NCBI GenBank assembly: GCA_047602425.1
Contig: JASGHG010000001.1
Location: 2,656,001-2,720,000, forward strand
Source: Nibricoccus sp.
Lineage (GTDB): Bacteria; Verrucomicrobiota; Verrucomicrobiia; Opitutales; Opitutaceae
DNA length: 64,000 nucleotides
Direction of reading: 5' to 3'
Position 1 is the first letter of the stretch, and each line of letters begins with the position of its first letter. This document shows, piece by piece, positions 56,165-64,000 of the stretch. A program made the translations under genes and the position numbers. The notes under the pieces were generated by a model. The model did not search any database. It saw nothing but the letters and a program-made list of their open reading frames with translations, and was not told the DNA's origin.

Positions 56165-57499
56165 CTACGGCTGGGTTGTGGCGGTGGCGGGTGGTTTTGG
56201 ACGCGGAGCGACCGGTTTTGAGGAGTAGCTGCTGCCGGTCGGGCCGAAGGTGACGGTGTTGCCGCTGGCCACGCGGTTGATCCATTGCATGTTGGTTTTC
56301 AGGTAGGCATCGCCGATTTCCTGGCCGAGTGCATTGCGCACCTGGGTGCGTGCTTGATTCGCGAGATCGGAGAGGGCGGCTTTTTTCTGTTCCGGAGTCA
56401 GGCCGCTGTTGTTGGCGATATTGAGAGTCTCGGCAGAAATGCTGTTTCGCAGGCCATAGACTTGCTCGATGGTTTGCTGGGGAAGATTGAAGCGGGTGGC
56501 CGCGGCCTGGAGCATGCGGTAGTCGTAATCCCCGGTGCGGTTGTATTCGGCGTAACGTTCGTCGCCCAGAAGGGCACGCGCCTGCTCATCACTTTTGGCG
56601 CGGACTTCGCGCTGGGCTTTGAGCTGCGCGATTTGCTCCTGACTCAGAGGCTGGTTTGGCGTGAAATTGCGGACGGCACTGTTGGCGCTGGAATCATAGA
56701 CGGGCTTGTAGATATCGAAGAGCGCGCGAAATTCGCTGTCGGATACGGTGAGATTGGCGAGGCGGTTGCGCAGCGTGGAAGCGGTGTTGGAATGGCGCAG
56801 ATCGTATTCGGCGAGTTCGGCGGGAGAGAGCAAGGACTCGATGTCCTTGCGGCGTTCCTGTTCGAGCAATTTCAATTTTTGATCGTCACTGGCGACGCGG
56901 AAACGGCCAATCTCCTCGTTGAGGTCGGTGCGCATCTCAGCGTAGTCGCGATTGATCTGACGGAGTTGATCGGCCTTGTCGTGGGGCAAGTAGTTATAGC
57001 GAAGGTTTTCAAGATCGGGTTCGGCCGAGGTTGAGCCGAACAGCGCTTCCGCTTGCCGGGCGCCCTCGCGGGAAAGGGTGCGAAGCTCGGCACGTTCCTC
57101 CTTGGTCAAACGACTGGAGTAGGATTCGCCGCCGACGAGATCGGATTTTTCGTTGCTGTGTTGCGCGAGCATGGCGCGGTATCGGGCGTAATAGGGCTCC
57201 AGAAGAATCGTCCGGACCATGCGGCGCACCACCTCTTCGGGCAGGCCGAGTGCGCGCAGTTGGTCGCGCAACGTCGCGGGATCGCGGCTCGCAATGGCAT
57301 TCGCCAAAGCGCTCGGAGCTGCTTCCACCGACGCCGAGCCGCCTGTCGCGGATGAAGCAGTGGCGGACTGGCTGCGGGCGGGGGTTTGTTTGGAGAGGAA
57401 CGGCAGGGATTTGACCGAATCGCGTCCCAGGACGAGAACGGTGACAAGAAGCGCGTTGGCAGCGATTGAAGCGGCCAAGACCAAAGCGAGGGGTTTCAT
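56165..57499 (-). CDS. Exported helical hypothetical protein
   Basis: N-terminal anchor MKPLALVLAASIAANALL; repeated 'LL(S/G)..E.AEY' helices. Confidence 0.75.
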   Translation of the reverse strand: MKPLALVLAASIAANALLVTVLVLGRDSVKSLPFLSKQTPARSQSATASSATGGSASVEAAPSALANAIASRDPATLRDQLRALGLPEEVVRRMVRTILLEPYYARYRAMLAQHSNEKSDLVGGESYSSRLTKEERAELRTLSREGARQAEALFGSTSAEPDLENLRYNYLPHDKADQLRQINRDYAEMRTDLNEEIGRFRVASDDQKLKLLEQERRKDIESLLSPAELAEYDLRHSNTASTLRNRLANLTVSDSEFRALFDIYKPVYDSSANSAVRNFTPNQPLSQEQIAQLKAQREVRAKSDEQARALLGDERYAEYNRTGDYDYRMLQAAATRFNLPQQTIEQVYGLRNSISAETLNIANNSGLTPEQKKAALSDLANQARTQVRNALGQEIGDAYLKTNMQWINRVASGNTVTFGPTGSSYSSKPVAPRPKPPATATTQP

Positions 57500-57539
57500 G
57501 GCAACGTGCCGCGGGGTGAAAACTGGCGGTTGGGGGTGG

Positions 57540-57971
57540 TTATAAAATTTCTTCGAGACTCGAGGCGACGGAGGCCACGCAGCAGGCGCAGGTGGCCTGC
57601 TTGAGGCCGCGCTTTTTGAAATCGGCCTTGCCGGCATCGGTCTGCAAATCGCAGCCTCCGAGCAATTCCTTGCAGCGGACTCCGCCATGACGTTTTTGAA
57701 AACGGTCTACGAGGTCGCGTACCTGTGCGTAGAGTGCACCAGCATCGGGCGAAGGCGATTTTGCCGTGCGTACATGGCGGACCGAGAGCGCAAGAATGCC
57801 GCCCGCCAGCGCGCCGCAGACATCGTGGCGGCCACCGCCAAAACCACCCGCCATCTTCATGGCTTGCTCGCAGTCGAGCGAAAGCCGGCCGCACGCAGCC
57901 GACAACACGGCTTGCGAGCAATTGCAGCCGGATTCGAACTTGGCGGAAGCGGAGGCGCTCAAGGTTTTCAT
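57540..57971 (-). CDS. C-GCAxxG-C-C family putative redox protein
   Basis: NCSQAVL, GFGGG, VCGALAGG, C.ELLG, C..CV. Confidence 0.85.
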   Translation of the reverse strand: MKTLSASASAKFESGCNCSQAVLSAACGRLSLDCEQAMKMAGGFGGGRHDVCGALAGGILALSVRHVRTAKSPSPDAGALYAQVRDLVDRFQKRHGGVRCKELLGGCDLQTDAGKADFKKRGLKQATCACCVASVASSLEEIL

Positions 57972-58029
57972 CGAACGGAAAGGCGACTTTTCAAAACCAA
58001 ACCGGGGTCGTTGACGAGTGAAATGGGTT

Positions 58030-58753
58030 TCATGCCGCGCTCTGGCCTGCGGGGTTCGTAGGATTTTCCTTTTTCGCGAGATACGCGAGCAGCAGGGTGA
58101 AGAAGCAAAGTACGAGATTGAATAACGGGATCTGCAGTGTGCTCGGTAGTGAATAAATGATACACACGGTTGGCACCCAGACACCAAGATTGGAAATCAG
58201 CATGGGCGGAACCCGGCGACGATACCAGCCCGGCGCACGCCAGTCGGCCACGACGGCGGCGGTGTCGAAACGGCTTTCGCACCACGCATAGACGAGAACC
58301 GTCAAAGGAACGAAAAACAGCGGGCACATGACGAACTGATCGAGAAACATTTTGATCAACACGGTTTTCATGTCCGTGCCTTCGCCGACGAAACGTACCA
58401 GCACGCGGTACCAGAAATCGACTTCGACGCCCTTGTAGGCCCAGAACACGACGAGCAGGAGATTTTGTTTGAAGTTATACTGGTTGCGCGTGGACGGATT
58501 GAGCTTGAGATACAGACAGGGCAGCAAGCCGCCGAAGAGCGAAGTCGAAACGCAACTGTAGATAAAGCCCTGTTCGGCACGAAAGGCCGCCAGTTTTTCG
58601 CACCAGGCACGTGTCGCGTCGTGATGATAATACGCCAGCACCAGTGCGAGCGCGAAGGATTGCAGAATGAGGCCCGGTACAAGGTTGGCTCGAGCACCTC
58701 GCAGAGCCGGTGACCCAAGGCGCTTCAGACGGGGAATTGGCGGCGATGGACAT
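58030..58753 (-). pseudogene. Mpv17/PMP22-like membrane protein with a one-base insertion near the N-terminus
   Basis: K...DQFV..P, W.P....IY.LP motifs; removing one base at 58705-58706 gives MSIAANSPSEAPWVTGLRGARANLVPGLILQ...LAYYH. Confidence 0.7.
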
Positions 58754-58864
58754 GAACGGCCATGTTCATGCGGTTGTGCGAAGTCGGCGAGTGAAAAGCA
58801 GGTCCAACATTACCCATTGACACCAATCCTCCTGCCCGGTCCGCGTCGCGCGCAGAGGCGGCGG

Positions 58865-59131
58865 TCAGAACATCGTAATCGCGTTTGCGCTCTCGATGAT
58901 GATCCAGGCGGCGCCAGCGATCAGGCCGGTCAAAAGGGCGGCTTTGGCAAGCTTGCGGCGACGCAGTTTCGACTCGTAACGGTCGGTACAGAACGGAGCG
59001 AGGCTCTCGCTTTGCGACATAAAGCTGACGAACTGGGCGTTCCGCAGCCGTGTTGTCTGTATAAGAGTGTTGTCGACGCGACCCATACGGATCGCGGGAC
59101 GATGAAACAGACTCTTAATGGCGTACAACAT
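58865..59131 (-). CDS. Small hypothetical protein with C-terminal TM helix
   Basis: 88-aa ORF divergent from lysA. Confidence 0.6.
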   Translation of the reverse strand: MLYAIKSLFHRPAIRMGRVDNTLIQTTRLRNAQFVSFMSQSESLAPFCTDRYESKLRRRKLAKAALLTGLIAGAAWIIIESANAITMF

Positions 59132-59223
59132 GGCGGGGGTGTGGACTTATATCGGAAAAAAGAGTTCGTTTTTTCAATGTGAAATCAGCAGCCTCATCGG
59201 TTTTCACGTCGTTTTCACTGGTT

Positions 59224-60528
59224 ATGCATCGCTTCAATTATATAGGGCAAAGTCTTCATTGTGAGTCCGTCGATCTCGCCACCGTCGCGCAATTATACGG
59301 AACTCCCACATACGTCTATAGTACCGGAACCATCTCCGATAACTATAACCGGCTCGCGAAGAGCCTTTCGGGTTTGGATGTGCAGATTTGTTATGCCATG
59401 AAGGCAAACTCGAATCTCGCTCTATTGAAGCATTTTGCGAATCTTGGAGCGGGCTTCGACTTGGTGAGCGGCGGCGAAATCCGTAGGGTGATCGCCTCAG
59501 GCGCCGATGTGAAGAAGAGCGTGTTTGCCGGCGTTGGTAAGACTGAGGCGGAGATCAAGTTAGCGCTGGAAAACGGTATTTTTTCCTTTCATGTCGAAAG
59601 CGAACCCGAACTGGCTCGTATCGACCACGTGGCTGGTAAAATGGGTGTAAAGGCGCCCATTGCGATTCGGGTGAATCCCGATGTCGACGCTCGCACGCAC
59701 GCCAAGATCACGACCGGCAAGAGCGACAACAAGTTTGGCATCCCCTTCAAGTACGCTCTCGCGGCTTACGAAGCTGCGGCCAAGTTTAAGAATATCCTGA
59801 TCAAGGGCGTGCAGATCCATATTGGCTCGCAACTCACCGAGATCACGCCGTTCGTCGAAGCCGTTGAAAAGCTCGTGCCGTTTGTCACTGAGCTGAAGGC
59901 GAAGTTTGGCGTCAGCTATTTCTCGATCGGCGGCGGCATCGGCATCGTTTATCAGGACGCACTCGCTAGCGGTCAAAAAGCTTGGTGGGACGCTCAGCCC
60001 GAGGAAACCCGTCCGATCACGCCCGAAGCTTATGGCGCGGCGCTTCGTGGTTTGCTCAAGCCGCTTGGCCTCAAGATCCTTCTCGAACCCGGCCGTTTCA
60101 TGGTCGGCAACGCCGGCGTTTTGCTGGCGCGCGTCGAATACGTGAAGCGCGGCCATGGCAAGAACTTCCTGATCCTGGACGCGGGCTTCAATGACCTCGT
60201 TCGCCCGGCCATGTACGAAAGCTATCACGAGATCGCGCCGCTCCATCGCGACACCACCCGTCGTGCGCTGACGGCCGATATCGTCGGTCCGATCTGCGAA
60301 AGCGGCGACTGCTTCGCCAAGGACCGCCAGATCCAGGAAGTCGGCGAGGGCGAATTCGTCGCCTTTATGAGCGCCGGCGCCTACGGCTCGTCCATGTCGA
60401 GTCGCTACAATTCCCGGACGCTGCCGGCCGAGGTGATTGTGCATGGTTCGGTGTTCGAACTCGCCACCGCCCGCGAAAGCTTTGAGGCAATGATTGCGGC
60501 CGAGAAAGTTCCCGGTTTCCTTCGCTGA
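59224..60528 (+). CDS. lysA: Diaminopimelate decarboxylase
   Basis: YAMKAN (PLP Lys), HIGSQ, EPGR, GPICESGD, GAYG..M.S.YN. Confidence 0.96.
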   Translation: MHRFNYIGQSLHCESVDLATVAQLYGTPTYVYSTGTISDNYNRLAKSLSGLDVQICYAMKANSNLALLKHFANLGAGFDLVSGGEIRRVIASGADVKKSVFAGVGKTEAEIKLALENGIFSFHVESEPELARIDHVAGKMGVKAPIAIRVNPDVDARTHAKITTGKSDNKFGIPFKYALAAYEAAAKFKNILIKGVQIHIGSQLTEITPFVEAVEKLVPFVTELKAKFGVSYFSIGGGIGIVYQDALASGQKAWWDAQPEETRPITPEAYGAALRGLLKPLGLKILLEPGRFMVGNAGVLLARVEYVKRGHGKNFLILDAGFNDLVRPAMYESYHEIAPLHRDTTRRALTADIVGPICESGDCFAKDRQIQEVGEGEFVAFMSAGAYGSSMSSRYNSRTLPAEVIVHGSVFELATARESFEAMIAAEKVPGFLR

Positions 60529-60529
60529 T

Positions 60530-61318
60530 GTGAAAACCACCACGCACACGCTCCGAAAACTGAAAGGTCAGCGCCCGATCGTCTGCGTGACGGCCTACGA
60601 CGCGATCACCGCGCGTTTCGCGAGTGAGGCCGGTGTGGATGTGATTTTGATCGGCGATTCCGTCGGCAACACCGCGCTCGGCTATGAAAACACCGTGCCC
60701 GTGACGCTTGACGACATGTGTCATCACACGGCGGCCGTGGCGCGCGCAAAGCCGGAGTCGATGGTCGCGGCCGATGTGCCGTTTGCCGAGGCGCACTACG
60801 ATTTTGAACGCGTGCTCCGCGCCTGTCAGCGGCTCATGCAGGAAGCCGGCGCCGAGGCCGTGAAAATCGAGGGCGGCGCCGTGCTCGCGCCCACCGTGGC
60901 GCGTCTCGTCGAGGCTGGCGTGCCGGTTTGGGGTCATATTGGACTCAAGCCGCAGCAAGTGCACGCGCTTGGGCGTTACAAAAAGTTCGGCACCACTCCG
61001 GCCGAGGCCGAAGGCTTGATGGCGGATGCGCTGGCGCTGGAGAAAGCTGGAGTTTTTGCCCTGCTGATCGAAATGGTTGACCATGGCTTGGCGCGCACGT
61101 TGAGCGAGACCGTGAAAGTGCCGGTCATCGGAATCGGCGCAGGACCGCACTGCGATGGCCAGATTTTAGTCTACACGGATATGCTCGGACTTTCGGGCGG
61201 TTACGTGCCGGGTTTTGCCCGGAAGTTTGCCGATGCCGGCGAGCAATTCAAAAAAGGCTTCTCGGCCTACGCCGACGCGGTGCGTCACCGGAAATTCCCT
61301 GAAACCGAGACGAAATAA
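60530..61318 (+). CDS. panB: 3-methyl-2-oxobutanoate hydroxymethyltransferase
   Basis: TAYD, IGDS, AVKIEGG, GHIGL.PQ, IGIGAG..CDGQILV. Confidence 0.96.
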   Translation: MKTTTHTLRKLKGQRPIVCVTAYDAITARFASEAGVDVILIGDSVGNTALGYENTVPVTLDDMCHHTAAVARAKPESMVAADVPFAEAHYDFERVLRACQRLMQEAGAEAVKIEGGAVLAPTVARLVEAGVPVWGHIGLKPQQVHALGRYKKFGTTPAEAEGLMADALALEKAGVFALLIEMVDHGLARTLSETVKVPVIGIGAGPHCDGQILVYTDMLGLSGGYVPGFARKFADAGEQFKKGFSAYADAVRHRKFPETETK

Positions 61319-61332
61319 CCCTTACCGCCAAA

Positions 61333-62334
61333 ATGAATTTTGCCGTCATCGGAGCCGGAGCTTGGGGCACTGCGTTTGCCGTGCATCTGAGCCGGCTCGG
61401 CCACACCGTGACGCTCGTGCCGCGGCGGTTTGAGCAGGCGCTGGCGCTTTCAACGGCACGCGAAAATGCCGAGTATCTGCCAGGCATTGTGCTGCCGCCG
61501 AGTTTGCAGATCGGCCACGAACTTGCCCCGGTTTTGATGGAGGCTGAAGTCGTCATGCTGGCTTGTCCGGCGCAAGCGTTGCGCGAGACGTGCGTTCGGA
61601 TCCGCGAAGCGTCGGCGCTGGCGACGCAGTTGAAATTTGTCGTCAGTCTGGCGAAAGGTTTGGAACTCGGCACTTATCTGCGTCCGACGGAAGTGATTTC
61701 TGCGGTGTTGCCAAACTACGCGGCTGCGGCGCTGACGGGGCCGACCAATGCGGCCGAAGTGGCCAAGGGCAAGCCCTCCGCCATGACGCTTGCGACGGCG
61801 CGGATCGATGACGCGACCGAGGCCGTGCAGGCGGCGCTGAGCGGGCCGACGCTGCGTGTTTACACCAGCGGTGACGTGGCTGGCGTCGAGTTTGGCGGCT
61901 GCCTGAAGAATATTTATGCCATAGCGGCTGGTTGTTGCGACGGTTTGAAGCTGGGCGACAACAGCAAGGCGGCGCTGCTCACGCGTGCTTTGACCGAAAT
62001 GGTGCGGGTCGGGCAAGCCTTGGGCGCGCGGCCGGAGACGTTTTACGGGCTGAGCGGTTTTGGCGACCTCGTGGCGACCTGTCACGGTGGCTGGAGCCGC
62101 AATCGCGAATTCGGCCAGCGAGTGGGCGAGGGCAGGACCGTGGCCGAACTCTTTTCTGGAAGGAAAACCGTCGTCGAAGGCTACAAGACCACGCAGGCAT
62201 TTGCCGAACTCTGTGCGGCCAAAGGAATCGAAGCGCCGATTTTGAGTGAAATGCGCGTCATGCTTTTCGAGGGAAAATCGCCCTCGCAAGTGCTCACGAG
62301 CTTGATGATGCGTGAGCTGAAGCGGGAGAGCTGA
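61333..62334 (+). CDS. gpsA: NAD(P)H-dependent glycerol-3-phosphate dehydrogenase
   Basis: GAGAWGTA, KG, GP..A.EV, LKN.YAIA.G, GL.G.GDL.ATC...SRN. Confidence 0.96.
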   Translation: MNFAVIGAGAWGTAFAVHLSRLGHTVTLVPRRFEQALALSTARENAEYLPGIVLPPSLQIGHELAPVLMEAEVVMLACPAQALRETCVRIREASALATQLKFVVSLAKGLELGTYLRPTEVISAVLPNYAAAALTGPTNAAEVAKGKPSAMTLATARIDDATEAVQAALSGPTLRVYTSGDVAGVEFGGCLKNIYAIAAGCCDGLKLGDNSKAALLTRALTEMVRVGQALGARPETFYGLSGFGDLVATCHGGWSRNREFGQRVGEGRTVAELFSGRKTVVEGYKTTQAFAELCAAKGIEAPILSEMRVMLFEGKSPSQVLTSLMMRELKRES

Positions 62335-62453
62335 GTCCGTATCCCGCAATCGCTCCACGCAGGCCCGAGAAGTCCGAAAAGGTGCGACGCACCCAACCGT
62401 GTTGCTTGCGCTCCAAGCGCAAAGTCAATGCGCGCCCCGTCGGAGGTTTTGGC

Positions 62454-62867
62454 CTACTTTTTCTTCCCAAACATCTTTTCGAACAAACCGGGCTTCTTGG
62501 CCTTGACGCCTAATTCGGGGATTTGGGCAAGGGCTTCGTCGGGGAGTTGCTCGGCGATATAACTGCGGAGCTGGTCCATGTCGGCAAAAGGGACGTAAAT
62601 AGGGTGCCGGTAATGCTGGCCGCGGAGGCGATTGGCGAAAATTCCGAAGCCGAGCTGGGTCATTTGGTCGGCGATTTTGTTGAGCTTGTCCATGCCGAGC
62701 GGTTCGGGCACAGGGTTGGCCTTGACGGCGTTGCGGACCTGGCCTTCGAGATCCATGAGTTCCTGGGTGAGGCGCGTGCGCTCGGAGGGATCGACCGATT
62801 GTTTCCGTCGCGCGGCGAGTTCGTGGTATTTGTCGATGAGGGCCTTGGTTTGGTCGGTATCGCTCAC
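62454..62867 (-). CDS. Hypothetical protein
   Basis: 137-aa ORF with GC3-rich codons; GTG start. Confidence 0.7.
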   Translation of the reverse strand: MSDTDQTKALIDKYHELAARRKQSVDPSERTRLTQELMDLEGQVRNAVKANPVPEPLGMDKLNKIADQMTQLGFGIFANRLRGQHYRHPIYVPFADMDQLRSYIAEQLPDEALAQIPELGVKAKKPGLFEKMFGKKK

Positions 62868-62998
62868 ACCTCTAATTTCGGCAGGAAGTGGCGGGATTCA
62901 AGTGCCATCCGTGTAACTTTGCAGTCCCGGCTTGAAGCTTTGGTGTTTTTGCATCCTGTACCGGGATGCCCCCCACATTAGAGCCCCTAAAACACCCT

Positions 62999-64000
62999 AT
63001 GAGTAATCCGGTAAACGACTCTTCCCTAGATCGTAAACATAAGCTTGTTATCTTCGCCTCATCCCTCGGAACGGTTTTTGAGTGGTACGACTTCTACATC
63101 TACGGGACGCTCGCGGTGTTTTTCGGGAAACTGTTTTTTCCGCCGGGAAATGAGACGGCGGGATTCTTGTCGAGTCTGGCGCTCTTCGGCGTGGGGTTTT
63201 CCGTGCGGCCATTTGGCGCGCTGGTTTTCGGGCGCATCGGTGACTTGGTGGGGCGCAAATATACGTTTCTCGTCACCATTCTGGTGATGGGCCTGTCGAC
63301 CGCGTTTGTGGGACTGCTTCCAACTTATGCGCAAATCGGCTGGCTGGCACCGATTATCTTGGTCGTGCTGCGCTTGGCTCAAGGCTTAGCACTCGGCGGC
63401 GAATACGGCGGTGCCGCAACCTACGTCGCTGAGCACGCGCCGAAGGGGAAACGAGGGGCTTTTACGAGCTGGATTCAAACGACCGCGACCCTGGGCTTTT
63501 TCTCTCGCTCGCGGTGATCCTCGGGGTGCGCTCGCTGCTCACGACCGAGCAATTTGGCTCGTGGGGCTGGCGTCTGCCGTTTCTTGTCTCAATCGTCTTG
63601 TTGGGTGTCTCGGTCTATATTCGGCTGAAACTTCATGAGTCGCCCGTGTTCGCCGAAATGAAGGCGCAGGGGAAAACATCGAAAGCGCCATTGACCGAAA
63701 GTTTTGCCCGCTGGTCCAATGCGCAACTAGTCTTGCGCGCCCTCTTCGGCGCGACTGCGGGGCAAGGCGTGGTCTGGTACGCCGGCCAATTTTACGCGCT
63801 GTACTTCCTAACCACGACACTGAAGGTCGACTATGTGAACGCCTACGTGCTGGTGGCGATTGCGCTGGTGATAGGCACGCCGTTGTTTGTCGTGTTCGGA
63901 CGTTTGTCGGACCGCATCGGTCGCAAGAAAATCATGCTCACGGGCTGTCTGCTTGCGTCGCTGACCTACATGCCGATCTTCCGCGAACTCACAAAGGCGG
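62999..64000 (+). CDS. MFS metabolite:H+ symporter (MHS family); one-base deletion near 63500; runs off the window
   Basis: GTVFEWYDF, RP.GA.VFG.IGD..GRK, LRL.QGL..GGEYGG; continues in another frame as LSLAVIL...WGWRLPF...ESP.F...SDRIGRK. Confidence 0.9.

Noticed and set aside
59132..59223. Lysine riboswitch before lysA
   Set aside because: Only ~90 bp shared with a divergent gene; too short
63386..63394. TTAGCACTC CIRCE half-site
   Set aside because: Inside the MFS coding sequence and lacks the second arm
1..64000. CRISPR arrays, tRNA/rRNA, IS or integrase genes; numerous long antisense ORFs
   Set aside because: No regularly spaced repeats, RNA-gene signatures or transposase motifs seen; long antisense ORFs are expected in high-GC coding DNA

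Overview
GC-rich bacterial chromosome segment, most likely Verrucomicrobia (Opitutaceae-like). This assignment is an inference from gene content, the stand-alone SWIB protein and the general lack of Shine-Dalgarno sequences. The left part has a GH3-family ligase (cut by the window edge and missing from the ORF track), an alpha/beta-hydrolase, RluA, a DRE-TIM lyase, a polysaccharide deacetylase, and a MerR regulator preceded by a free-standing copy of its own C-terminal domain. A ~19.5 kb flagellar cluster follows (flhB-flhA-flhF-orf-fliA-motAB ... flgFGAHIJNKL-fliW-csrA-flagellin). Its regulatory logic is readable in the DNA: three sigma54 promoters, each preceded by CGGCA-N5-TGCCG-type enhancer elements, plus sigma28 promoters. 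Next come a sigma28-driven split (PAS + soluble MCP) Aer-like receptor and a self-contained module of a sigma54 activator, a secreted VIT-vWA protein with a GlyGly-CTERM tail and a dedicated rhombosortase. The rest is mostly housekeeping: divergent membrane PPase, PatB, two Hsp20, carbonic anhydrase, MscS, MgtE, a heterodimeric ABC exporter, SWIB, a hybrid kinase, tandem PPK2, lysA-panB-gpsA and an MFS transporter. Four genes in the right third carry single-base frameshifts, probably sequencing errors. No rRNA, tRNA, CRISPR array or transposase was seen.
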